Source: Dehalococcoidia bacterium (GTDB taxonomy: Bacteria > Chloroflexota > Dehalococcoidia > SM23-28-2 > RBG-16-64-32). Taken from it: a stretch of DNA of 64,000 nucleotides. The DNA is taken from contig DAOUMV010000025.1 of NCBI GenBank assembly GCA_034408935.1, forward strand, positions 30,281-94,280, read 5' to 3'. Numbering within the stretch: the first letter of the stretch is position 1; every line of letters begins with the position of its first letter. Below, piece by piece: positions 26,016 through 34,491 of this stretch. The position numbers and the translations under genes were made by a program. Below the pieces are notes generated by a model, which was not told the DNA's origin, made no database searches, and saw only the letters and a list, made by a program, of their open reading frames with translations.

Positions 26016-26723
26016 TCAGTCGGTAAGCTGCTTGGCGACGCTATTGAGGATGTTGTTGCTGGCCTCTAGCAGCGTCCTTGTGAGGCTGATCATGTCCTCT
26101 TTGCGCCGGGGATACCGATTCCGGTTCTTCTGCTTGAAGTCAATATCCATCTCGTGGATCACTTGATTTCGGCGGTGGAACACCTCCTGCAAGTCATCCT
26201 TCATAACACCGAGGCTGCTGGGACTCAGCCCGAGGTACTCAACAACATTGTAAAGCTGGTCGACCGATTGCAGACTTTTGGCGGTGAGATCCTCCACGAG
26301 CAGCTCAACCATGCCAGCGCGCGTACTCTCAGCGAGCAGTAGTTTGATGAGAAGTTTGGAGCTGATTGTGCGTGGCGCAGTGTCGTCGCCCTCTGAATCA
26401 CCACCTGAGCGCCGGAGGTGACGCAAACCCAACCTCTCAATTCGCTTTCTGATCTCTGGCAACCTCTCCACCATCTCAGGGAGTGCATCTTGTACGAGCT
26501 GCTTGGTCATCGAGTCGATGCCCGCCCCGGCGAACACAACCATTGCGCGGAGCAGATCCTGCTCCTCGTCGCGGGGAGTACCCTTTGCTCTTCGCGCTGT
26601 GCGCACCTGCACGAACGTGTCTAGAAGTGACTCTGCAGTGTCGTGGGCGTATTTCAGGATCAGGTAGGAGTTCTCCGTGGCTCCGCACTTCGGATCATCT
26701 GGTGGCACGAATCCCTTGGGCAT
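26016..26723 (-). CDS. Stand-alone HEPN-domain protein (putative RNase)
   Basis: R-N-Q-V-I-H (RX4H) in FHRRNQVIHEMD; helical; upstream DLLRAMVVFAGAGID segment; more A/T-rich codons. Confidence 0.72.
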   Translation of the reverse strand: MPKGFVPPDDPKCGATENSYLILKYAHDTAESLLDTFVQVRTARRAKGTPRDEEQDLLRAMVVFAGAGIDSMTKQLVQDALPEMVERLPEIRKRIERLGLRHLRRSGGDSEGDDTAPRTISSKLLIKLLLAESTRAGMVELLVEDLTAKSLQSVDQLYNVVEYLGLSPSSLGVMKDDLQEVFHRRNQVIHEMDIDFKQKNRNRYPRRKEDMISLTRTLLEASNNILNSVAKQLTD

Positions 26724-26856
26724 AACGACCCCCTTTCGGTAGCTCGGGTCGATTATACGCTAGTCCCGCTCACCGTCGGCGTCTCAGGCCCCTCCGCATC
26801 TGTGCAAGCGAGTCGTCCCCGGTTTGTGCCTCCCGTCGGAGGTACCTCATCGCTAT

Positions 26857-28767
26857 TCATGATAGGTGACCCGGCTTTCGCCCAGTAAGACGAGCCCTCC
26901 ACCAGGCGTGGCCGGCGAGCGTGCCCAGGGCCACCCCCGGCACGCCGAACGCCAGCAGCAGCGGCCACAGGGGGCGGCCGCCCTCAGCGTCGGAAGCGGC
27001 TTCCGGTGCTGATTCGTGCCTGACGTTGGCCAGCGTCGTCGGTTTCCTCGAGGCGCCCAGGGCCGCTGCCTCGACCTGCCGTGCTTCAGGGGACCAGCCT
27101 GCTGCGGCCGATATGCTTCTTCCTGCAGAGGGCCGCTCTGTCTGCTCGCTGCCGCCGGCGCTTGTCGCTGTCTGCGTGTCCATCACGGTCGGCGTGTCGG
27201 TCGCTGCCGGTGCCCCCGTCTTGTCGAATCGCACGTCGTCGAAGTAGACGGCCGCCGACGCCGCCGATGTCGGCCGCATCAGCAGACGGACCTTCGCCGA
27301 GCGCGCCTCCAGCGGCGCCTGTACGGGGTCCGTGTCAAGCGTGACGAAGTCCGCCGAGTCCTCCGCCAGTGCCGGGGAGTCCGCCACGGCGATCTGGCTA
27401 CCGCTGCCGTCGGCGCTCTCGTACCACGAGACGCGCAGAAGCGCCTCCCGTACCCCCGGGTCATTCTTCAGGGCTGCCGCCTGCAGGCGGTAGAAGGCTC
27501 CTCCCTGTATGCTCACCGTCTGATAGATCCACTTGGTGGAGGCCGTGCGGCTGACCAGCGCCGCCGACCGTCCTCCTTCTGCATGGAATGCGTTGCTGGC
27601 GCTCATCTCGCCGCCTATCTTGCGCCAGCCATACGGCGTGTCGTCCTCTCGCACGTCCTCGAACCCACCGTTGACCAGCGAGGGGAAAACCCTGGGCTCC
27701 GCTGCCTCGGTCGTGGGGACGGGTTCTGGGGGAGATGGGTCAGGGGAGGCCGCTTGCCCCGGTGTAGACGCCGGCGAGGGTGTCAAGACGGCTGTGGGTG
27801 TGGGCGCGTCCACCTGGCCGAACTGCACGGCGTCGAAGTAGACCACCGCGGATGCTGCCGATGCGGGCCTGAGCAGCAGACGGACCTTGGCTGAACCCGC
27901 CTGCGGTGGGGCCTGCACCGGGCCCGTGTCCAGCATCACGAACGCTGGCGAGCCCTCCACCAGCGCCGGGGAGTCCCCTGTGCCGATCTGGCTTCCGCTG
28001 CCATCGGCACTCTCGTACCAGGAGACGCGCAGCAGCGCCTCTCGCACCGCAGGGTCGTTCTTCAGTGCTGCCGCCCGCAGGCGGTAGAAAGCTCCTCCCT
28101 GCACGCTTACCGTCTGATAGATCCACTTGGTGGAGGCCGTGCGGCTGACCAGCGCTGCCGACCGTCCTCCTTCCGCATGGAATGCGTTGCTGGCGCTCAT
28201 CTCGCCGCCTATCTTGCGCCAGCCATACGGCGTGCCGTCCTCGCGCACGTCCTCGAACCCGCCGTTGACCAGCGAGGGGAAGACCGTCGGTTCCATCGGC
28301 GTGGCAGTGGGACTCGGCGGCTTGGTGGGGCAGGCGATGGGCGTCGCGTTCGGCTCAGCGGAGAACTGGAGGGTCGGGCTATCGACTGAGACGGCGCCGG
28401 TGTCCCCCTTGACCAGCACGCCGTAGCGGGCAGAGCGTGCCGCGCAGGGGGCGTCGGTGGTCAGGGAAAGGCACTGCTTCCCTACCCGCCAGACGTCTGC
28501 ATGCGCGTCATCCTGGTAGAGCGTCGCCCCGAACCCACCCGGCTGCTCATACCAGGCCACGCTCAATGATATCGACATGACGCCCGTCCCGGTGACGGTG
28601 AGGCAGCCGTCGAGGCGGTAGGTCTGGCCGGGGGTGACTTCTTGAACGTACTGCTCGACCCAGCCCAACTGGTTCGTGTCGGGTGTGGCCTCACCGCGGA
28701 CGGCCGCGAGGCCGCCGGTCAGGAGGGCTGCCCCAAGCCCGGCCAGGAGCACGATAGTGCGCTGCAA
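26857..28767 (-). CDS. Secreted/anchored surface protein with two tandem carbohydrate-binding (CBM4/9-like) domains and a C-terminal TM helix
   Basis: Signal-like N-terminus; two LVNGGFED...W...YFDxVxF domains; PT linkers; C-terminal PLWPLLLAFGVPGVALGTLAGHAWWRAR. Confidence 0.75.
   Translation of the reverse strand: MQRTIVLLAGLGAALLTGGLAAVRGEATPDTNQLGWVEQYVQEVTPGQTYRLDGCLTVTGTGVMSISLSVAWYEQPGGFGATLYQDDAHADVWRVGKQCLSLTTDAPCAARSARYGVLVKGDTGAVSVDSPTLQFSAEPNATPIACPTKPPSPTATPMEPTVFPSLVNGGFEDVREDGTPYGWRKIGGEMSASNAFHAEGGRSAALVSRTASTKWIYQTVSVQGGAFYRLRAAALKNDPAVREALLRVSWYESADGSGSQIGTGDSPALVEGSPAFVMLDTGPVQAPPQAGSAKVRLLLRPASAASAVVYFDAVQFGQVDAPTPTAVLTPSPASTPGQAASPDPSPPEPVPTTEAAEPRVFPSLVNGGFEDVREDDTPYGWRKIGGEMSASNAFHAEGGRSAALVSRTASTKWIYQTVSIQGGAFYRLQAAALKNDPGVREALLRVSWYESADGSGSQIAVADSPALAEDSADFVTLDTDPVQAPLEARSAKVRLLMRPTSAASAAVYFDDVRFDKTGAPAATDTPTVMDTQTATSAGGSEQTERPSAGRSISAAAGWSPEARQVEAAALGASRKPTTLANVRHESAPEAASDAEGGRPLWPLLLAFGVPGVALGTLAGHAWWRARLTGRKPGHLS
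26862..26946 (+). repeat. Junction repeat R, copy A (3' end of the surface-protein gene)
   Basis: ATAGGTGACCCGGCTTTCGCCCAGTAAGACGAGCCCTCCACCAGGCGTGG...GGCACGCC. Confidence 0.9.
27229..28284. repeat. Intragenic tandem duplication, period 594 bp
   Basis: About 27229-27690 repeats at about 27823-28284 with long identical nucleotide runs (offset confirmed at two anchors). Confidence 0.9.
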
Positions 28768-28854
28768 GCCAGCGTCCGCGGGTAGCCGGTGAGGTGGCCA
28801 CGCCTATTCTCAGGCGGCCCGTGGGTTTTGTCAACGATGTGTGAAGACAGAGGG

Positions 28855-29769
28855 CTAGATCAGCCGTTTGAGTCTCGGGTTGTCGGTGACGCCGGGGATG
28901 CGCCCCCGCTTGGCGATCGGTTTCCCCTCCACCTCCTTCAGGTCGGCCGTGAAGTCGTTGGGCTGGGCGGAGGTGATGTAGCTGCCAACCCCGAAGCCGT
29001 CTACCGACGCGCCTGTCGCCAGGAACTGGCGGATGCGCTCCGGCGTCACGCCCCCACGCTCGCCGGGAGTGTCCAGACGCACGCCCTGCAACCTCTCCCC
29101 CAGCGTCTCGGCCACCCGCAGCGCCTCCTGGGGCTCGTCCAGGAACGTGTCCACCAGGACGATGCGAGGCACCTCCGGCTCCACGTGCTTGTCGAAGGCG
29201 ACCGCCGCCTTCACCGTGTCCCCGAAGCAGATGATCATGGCGTGAGGCATCGTGCCCGAGGGCTCCTTTCCGGCCATGGCGGCCCCCGGCGTCGTAGAGG
29301 CGCTCGCGCAGCCGCCGACGATGGCCGCGTAGTCCATGTACGGCGCTACCAGCGGATGGACGTGGCGGGCACCGAAGCTCACCACGGGGACGCCCTCCGC
29401 CGCCTCCACGCACTCCTGCGCCGCCTGCGCCCAGCCGCTCTCCTGGGCTAAGATGCCCAAGATCGCCGTCTCGTAGACGGCATAGGATAGGTACTGGGCC
29501 TTGACGCGCAGCACCACCTCGTGAGCGGAGATGGGCTCGCCATCCTCCAGCCCCCAGACCTCGGCGCCCTGGGGCAGCGCCTTCCCCAGCAGGGCCCCCA
29601 CCTCGCGCATGCCGCATATGAGCCCATCGCGGTGGGGGAATATCTCCATCGCCGCCGTGGGGTTGACACCCTCGGCCTCCATCACTCGATGGGCGCGCAG
29701 GAAGTAGATGTCAGCGGTGTCACCCGCGAGGACATGCGGGGCCGGTTGGAACAGCTCCTCGCTCACCAA
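28855..29769 (-). CDS. pncB: Nicotinate phosphoribosyltransferase, apparently with an internal in-frame deletion
   Basis: DIYFLR, SFGARHVHP, GTMPHA, LVDTF, GVRLDTP, DGFGVG, AKRGR; the usual SGG loop between RLDTP and DGFGVG is absent. Confidence 0.85.
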   Translation of the reverse strand: MVSEELFQPAPHVLAGDTADIYFLRAHRVMEAEGVNPTAAMEIFPHRDGLICGMREVGALLGKALPQGAEVWGLEDGEPISAHEVVLRVKAQYLSYAVYETAILGILAQESGWAQAAQECVEAAEGVPVVSFGARHVHPLVAPYMDYAAIVGGCASASTTPGAAMAGKEPSGTMPHAMIICFGDTVKAAVAFDKHVEPEVPRIVLVDTFLDEPQEALRVAETLGERLQGVRLDTPGERGGVTPERIRQFLATGASVDGFGVGSYITSAQPNDFTADLKEVEGKPIAKRGRIPGVTDNPRLKRLI

Positions 29770-29772
29770 CGC

Positions 29773-30303
29773 CTATCCGACCGGGGCGCCGATCACTTCC
29801 GCTCCCAGCACCGTCTTGAGCTGGTTGAGGGCGAACCTGTGCGCCTCGGGGTCGAAGGTGGCTACGCAGTCCGCCGGCACCTCCACGGTGTAGTCGCGGT
29901 TGCGTGCGTCGGCGACGGTGTACAGCACGCAGATGTTCGTGCAATCGCCCACGACGATGATCTTGTCCGGCTTCAGCTCCTTGAGCCGCTGGTCCAGGTT
30001 CGTCTCGAAGAAGCCCGAGTAGCGCTGCTTGGGGATCACCTCCCCGGCGAACTCCTGTAGCTCGGGGATGATCTCCGTCTCTTCGCTGCCGCGAATGCAG
30101 TGGGGCGGAAACATCTTGAACTCCAGGTCGTCCGGGTCATGCATATCGCAGAGGAAGATGATGTGGGAACCCCTGGCCCTCTCCTCTCGCAGGAGCTCCC
30201 GGACGCGAGGGATGATCTCGCGTATCGTGGGGCCGACGTAGAGGTTGTGGCCCTCCTCGCAGAAGCCGCGCACCATGTCCACCACCAGCACGACGTTGGA
30301 CAT
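29773..30303 (-). CDS. pncA: Nicotinamidase / isochorismatase-family hydrolase
   Basis: VVDMVRGF, DMHDPDD, PPHC, KQRYSGF, GDCTNICV; adjacent to pncB. Confidence 0.85.
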   Translation of the reverse strand: MSNVVLVVDMVRGFCEEGHNLYVGPTIREIIPRVRELLREERARGSHIIFLCDMHDPDDLEFKMFPPHCIRGSEETEIIPELQEFAGEVIPKQRYSGFFETNLDQRLKELKPDKIIVVGDCTNICVLYTVADARNRDYTVEVPADCVATFDPEAHRFALNQLKTVLGAEVIGAPVG

Positions 30304-30317
30304 CGGCCGCCACCCTT

Positions 30318-30695
30318 CTAGCGCCGGAGGGTCACCCGCCGCATCACCACCGTCTCGCTGACGGCGTAGGTGCCCTCGGGTATCTCCCCGTTGCGCCGGG
30401 CGGGAAGCTTGCTGTTCGCCGACCGCCGCCTTGGCAGCCGCAGCGCCCCCTTAGCCAGCGTGGTGAGCGCGATCTCCACGGCCACTCCAAGCGCCACCAG
30501 CCCGACGCCCCGGGCTAGGACGGGCGCAGCTTGTTTCCAAAGCGTGGGTGGCGCCGGCTCCCGCTTTACCGGCAGGCGGAGGCTTCTCAAGTCCGCGCCG
30601 CATTTGCGGCAGCGGCTGTCAGTCGAGGAAGCGTAGGCGCCGCACCTCTCACATCGCATGGGGACCTCCAACGGCAACAGTGCCTTCGCCGTCAT
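30318..30695 (-). CDS. Zn-ribbon hypothetical protein
   Basis: CERCG...CRKCG plus one hydrophobic helix. Confidence 0.65.
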   Translation of the reverse strand: MTAKALLPLEVPMRCERCGAYASSTDSRCRKCGADLRSLRLPVKREPAPPTLWKQAAPVLARGVGLVALGVAVEIALTTLAKGALRLPRRRSANSKLPARRNGEIPEGTYAVSETVVMRRVTLRR

Positions 30696-30730
30696 TATAG
30701 CAAGCTACTGCATCGCCTCAAACCCGCCCG

Positions 30731-30799
30731 ACATTCTCCGCGGAGTTTATACCGAGCGAGCTCCAGATTCTTCTCCGCCTCCGGCGGATCAGAATGACA
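30731..30799. repeat. REP-like element with a nested TCCGCC-N3-GGCGGA palindrome
   Basis: AGATTCTTC-TCCGCC-TCC-GGCGGA-TCAGAATGACA (30765-30799); the core also occurs at 8491-8505 and 44251-44265. Confidence 0.6.
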
Positions 30800-30834
30800 G
30801 AGCGCTTAGGGTTCAACAATGACACATCACGTTT

Positions 30835-30885
30835 GTAGGTCGAGGCCCCAGCCTCGACCGGGGCAGGGCTGGGGCCCTGCCCTAC
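30835..30885. repeat. GTAG-type REP doublet (REPIN/BIME-like)
   Basis: GTAG-GTCGAGGC-CCCA-GCCTCGACC followed by the inverted GGGCAGGGC-TGGG-GCCCTGCC-CTAC. Confidence 0.8.
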
Positions 30886-30890
30886 GTGCA

Positions 30891-31718
30891 CTAGCTCTTC
30901 GCCCGCGCGACGATGCGCTCGATCTCAGGCGTCAGGTCCTGGCCCGCAATCTCCCGTCCCTGCGCATCCACCACCCGCTTGTCGCGCACGTGCACTCGCC
31001 CCTCGGCGAAGGCCCGCAGCGTCTCCACCACCAGCGGGAGCTCGCGCGTTACCCCCTGGCGGCGGATCTCCTGGAAGAGAGCATTCTCATCTCCATCTTC
31101 CTCCTTGACTGCCGCCACGCCTCGCCGCTCCACATCTCGCCAAAGCTCGTCGAGGGCAGGGCCGCGGATGGGGTAGGTGCAGTAGGCGACGGGCGGCCCC
31201 ATGTCCAAGTCCGTCGTCGCCAGGTGCATGCGCACCCCGGAGTGGTCGAGACCCTGCTCCATGAGCCACCAGATGACCCCCTGCCACGTGCCGGGCGGTC
31301 CGTCAGGGGCCGCCGGATGCAGGTTCAGCAGATCGAAGCGTTGGCACATGACGTCGGTCGCGATGAGCATGTAGCCGGCCAGAACGCCGAGATCGAACGG
31401 GTAGGGCTCCAGCAGCCGGATCACCTCCCGGTCGAAGTCGCGCCGCCATTCAGGGAGGGCCTCGCCCGCCTTGGCCGGGCTCTCGCCCCGCTCGCGTCGA
31501 AACCGCACTGTAGAGAGGTGCACCACCGGCAGGCCGTACCCGCGCGCCTGCTCGAAGAGCTGATCCGTCTGCGGATCCTGGCCCGGTTCGCGATTGCAGA
31601 ACACCACCACGATCTCGGCATCCAGTCGCTCGGCGGCGATCTCATCGTGGACGGTGGCCAGCAGGCCCCTCGAGCCGGGGCCGCGGCCAGTGGTGAACCA
31701 GCCTAGCCTAAGAGCCAT
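30891..31718 (-). CDS. purN: Phosphoribosylglycinamide formyltransferase-like protein
   Basis: GWFTTGRG, LAGYMLI, LNLHPA, SGVRMHL, DMGP. Confidence 0.72.
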   Translation of the reverse strand: MALRLGWFTTGRGPGSRGLLATVHDEIAAERLDAEIVVVFCNREPGQDPQTDQLFEQARGYGLPVVHLSTVRFRRERGESPAKAGEALPEWRRDFDREVIRLLEPYPFDLGVLAGYMLIATDVMCQRFDLLNLHPAAPDGPPGTWQGVIWWLMEQGLDHSGVRMHLATTDLDMGPPVAYCTYPIRGPALDELWRDVERRGVAAVKEEDGDENALFQEIRRQGVTRELPLVVETLRAFAEGRVHVRDKRVVDAQGREIAGQDLTPEIERIVARAKS

Positions 31719-31763
31719 CTCGCCAACCCTCCATTGCCGTCTGTCTCAAGCTGAAGGGCATAC

Positions 31764-32465
31764 TTACGATGTCTGCCGCCGCCCAGTCCTATCATCAGGA
31801 GGCTTCCAGCCTAGCTTGCGCCGCAGGGTGGCGTAGCGGCTGATGAGGTGCACCAGCGGCGTCGCCGGACGGCCCGCCAGCGTCCCCCAGCGCAGCGCTT
31901 CTAAGAATTCCTGCGGCCCCTCGAACGCGGGAGCTTCCACATAGGCCCGCCCCATCTCCCACGGCGAATGGGCGTCGGTCACTGCCACGCCCACCAGACC
32001 GTTCTCCTCGGCCGCTCGGGCTGCCCTGTCGTTGTCTCCCTTGGCAGTCGTGCGTGCGTTCATCACCTCGATGATGTCTACCTCCGCGGCCAGGTCCGCC
32101 AGGCCTTCGGCGCCGACGCCGCCGCGGAACCGGTCCAGCGGGTGCGGCAGTGAGACCAGCCCCGACTGGGCGCGGATGCGCTCCACTGTCTCCCGCGCGC
32201 TCAGTCCAGGCGGCACCTCCTCCGTTAGGAACAGGCCGATGACCTCGCCCTCCCGGGAGCATATCTCCTCGCCTAGGATCACTCGGAAGGGCGCGATCTC
32301 TTGCACCGCCAGGGCCCCGCGCATGGTGTCGTGGTCGGTCACGGCCACGCAGGTGATCCCCTTGCGCAGGCAGGCCTCGATGAAGCGCTGGGGCGAGGTT
32401 ATCGCGTCCGGCGAGTAGTGGGTATGGGTGTGCAGGTCGATGCGCAGGGGCTGGTCGTCGCTCAT
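31764..32465 (-). CDS. PHP-domain metallophosphoesterase
   Basis: DLHTHTHYSPD, VTDHD, GEE, HP, TDAH. Confidence 0.88.
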   Translation of the reverse strand: MSDDQPLRIDLHTHTHYSPDAITSPQRFIEACLRKGITCVAVTDHDTMRGALAVQEIAPFRVILGEEICSREGEVIGLFLTEEVPPGLSARETVERIRAQSGLVSLPHPLDRFRGGVGAEGLADLAAEVDIIEVMNARTTAKGDNDRAARAAEENGLVGVAVTDAHSPWEMGRAYVEAPAFEGPQEFLEALRWGTLAGRPATPLVHLISRYATLRRKLGWKPPDDRTGRRQTS

Positions 32466-32731
32466 TCGGGCGGGATCTCCCCCTCTTCGTCCAGCGGGTA
32501 CGGCTCCGGCTCCTCGCGCAGGGCAGCGAAATCCTCCTGGAGCTTCGTGACCTTCAGCTCCGCCTGCTGGAGCAGCTCCTGGCAGCGCTGGGCCAGCTTC
32601 ATCCCCTCTTCGTACAGGGCCAGCGACTCCTCCAGCGTGAGGCCGCCCTCCTCGAGGCGGGCCACCGTCTCCTCCAGCCGCCTGTGCAGGGATTCGAACC
32701 CCTCCCGCTCGGACTTCTTCCTAGAACCCAT
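32462..32731 (-). CDS. xseB: Exodeoxyribonuclease VII small subunit
   Basis: FE...LEETVARLEEGGLTLEESLALYEEG. Confidence 0.92.
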   Translation of the reverse strand: MGSRKKSEREGFESLHRRLEETVARLEEGGLTLEESLALYEEGMKLAQRCQELLQQAELKVTKLQEDFAALREEPEPYPLDEEGEIPPE

Positions 32732-33944
32732 ACTGCCTCGACACCTCGGCCGGGAACTTCCCGTCGTGCACGTGCACCGTCAGCCGGTCGCGTCCCCGCA
32801 CCTGTTGGACGCTCGTCACCACCCGCTTGTCTTCCCGCATCTGGACGACGGCGTAGCCGCGGGCCAGGGTGCGCCGGGGGTCCAGTGACCTGAGCTGGGC
32901 GGCGAAGCTGCTCACCCTTTCGCCCCGCCGCGCCGTGGCCCGCTCCATCGCCACCTCCACCGCCAGCACCAGCCCGCTGAGGCGTTGTCGCCACTGCCCG
33001 GCGTCGGGCTGGGCCAGGCGCAGGCGATGGACCACCTGCCCGATGGCGGCGCGCCCCTGGCTCACCTGCCCCCCTGTCCAGGCCTGGAGGGACAGAGCCA
33101 GACCTTCCACCCTGCGCCAGACATCGGCGTGGTTCGGCACCGCCATCTCCGCCGCCGCCGACGGCGTCGGCGCTCGCATATCCGCCACGTAGTCGGCGAT
33201 GGTGTAGTCCGTTTCGTGGCCGACGCCGCACACGACCGGCGCGCGGCTCCCGTAGACCGCCCGCGCCACGGCCTCCTCGTTGAACGCCCATAGCTCTTCC
33301 ATCGAGCCGCCGCCGCGGGCGAGGATGATGACATCGACGTCGCGCTCCGCGTTCAGCCCGCGCAGCGCCGCCACGATCCCCGGTACCGCCTCCGGGCCCT
33401 GCACCGCCGTCGGCGCCAGGACGATCTCGGCCGCTGGCCAGCGTCGGCCGACAACCTGACAGATATCGTGGAGCACGGCCCCCGTCGGCGACGTGACCAC
33501 GCCTAGGCGACGCGGGAACTGCGGCAGCGGCCGCTTGCGGGCCGGGTCGAACAGCCCCTCGCCTTCGAGTTGCTCCTTCAGCCGCTCGAACTGGGCCTGC
33601 CACACGCCCACGCCCGCTGGCTGCACGAAGTCCACGATGAGCTGGAGATCGCCGCGCGCCTCGTAGAAGGAGACGTTCCCGTGGGCGAGCACCTGCGCCC
33701 CGTTCTCGATCGGTGCGCCGCCGTGGGAACGGCGGAACATCACGCAGCGGAGCTGGGCCTCCTCATCCTTAAGGGTGAAGTACAGGTGGCCGGCGCTAGA
33801 GCGGGTCAGGTTGGACACCTCTCCCTCCACCCAGATGTTGGACAGGCGGAGGTCGCTCTCGATGAGCTCGCTGAGGTAGCGGGCCAGCCAAGAGACGCGA
33901 TACGCCTCGATCAAGTGTTGCTCATCCTCGCCCAAGGTACTCAC
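32721..33944 (-). CDS. xseA: Exodeoxyribonuclease VII large subunit
   Basis: WVEGEVSN, GHLYFTLKD, GVVTSPTGAVLHDI, RGGGSMEELWAFNEE, VGHETD, APTPSAAAE. Confidence 0.96.
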   Translation of the reverse strand: MSTLGEDEQHLIEAYRVSWLARYLSELIESDLRLSNIWVEGEVSNLTRSSAGHLYFTLKDEEAQLRCVMFRRSHGGAPIENGAQVLAHGNVSFYEARGDLQLIVDFVQPAGVGVWQAQFERLKEQLEGEGLFDPARKRPLPQFPRRLGVVTSPTGAVLHDICQVVGRRWPAAEIVLAPTAVQGPEAVPGIVAALRGLNAERDVDVIILARGGGSMEELWAFNEEAVARAVYGSRAPVVCGVGHETDYTIADYVADMRAPTPSAAAEMAVPNHADVWRRVEGLALSLQAWTGGQVSQGRAAIGQVVHRLRLAQPDAGQWRQRLSGLVLAVEVAMERATARRGERVSSFAAQLRSLDPRRTLARGYAVVQMREDKRVVTSVQQVRGRDRLTVHVHDGKFPAEVSRQYGF

Positions 33945-34479
33945 CGGAACGCGTATCCACCTTCACCGTATCGCCGACGTTGATGAACAGCGGCACCTGC
34001 ACCGTGATACCGGTCTCCAGCTTGGCGGGCTTCGTCCCCCCCTGCGCCGTGTCTCCCTTCACCCAGGGGTCGGTCTCCGCCACCGTCAGCTCCACCGCCG
34101 CCGGTAGCTCCAGCCCCACCGCCTCGTCGCCGTACATCAAGACGTCGCAGGTGGCGTTCTCCTTCAGGTAGTCCAGTGCGTCGCCCAGCCGCTCCCGACT
34201 GAGGGGGAACTGATCGTACGTCTCCGTGTTCATGAAGTGATGCAGGTCGCCGTCGCTGTACAGGTACTGCGAGGGCTGGCGCTCCACCCGCGCCCGCTGG
34301 AAGCGAGCTCCCGCCATCACCGTCCGCTCGATGGTATGGCCGCCGCGGATGTCCCGCAGCTTCATGCGTACCTGGGCGGTGCCCCTCCCCAGCTTGATGT
34401 GTGCCACGTCCAGCACCTGATACAGCGTGCCGTCCATCTCCAGCGCTATGCCTTTTCTCAGGTCACCCGTCTCGATCAT
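33922..34479 (-). CDS. efp: Elongation factor P
   Basis: YQFLYxDG-like YLYSDG, GDTAQGGTKPAKLETG, VPLFI, KVDTRSGEY; tip loop reads KLGRG. Confidence 0.95.
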   Translation of the reverse strand: MIETGDLRKGIALEMDGTLYQVLDVAHIKLGRGTAQVRMKLRDIRGGHTIERTVMAGARFQRARVERQPSQYLYSDGDLHHFMNTETYDQFPLSRERLGDALDYLKENATCDVLMYGDEAVGLELPAAVELTVAETDPWVKGDTAQGGTKPAKLETGITVQVPLFINVGDTVKVDTRSGEYLGRG

Positions 34480-34491
34480 CCAGTCCTCTCC

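Noticed and set aside
23973-26946. CRISPR array
   Set aside because: Repeats are separated by about 600-1250 bp of genes, not 25-45-nt spacers; no cas genes
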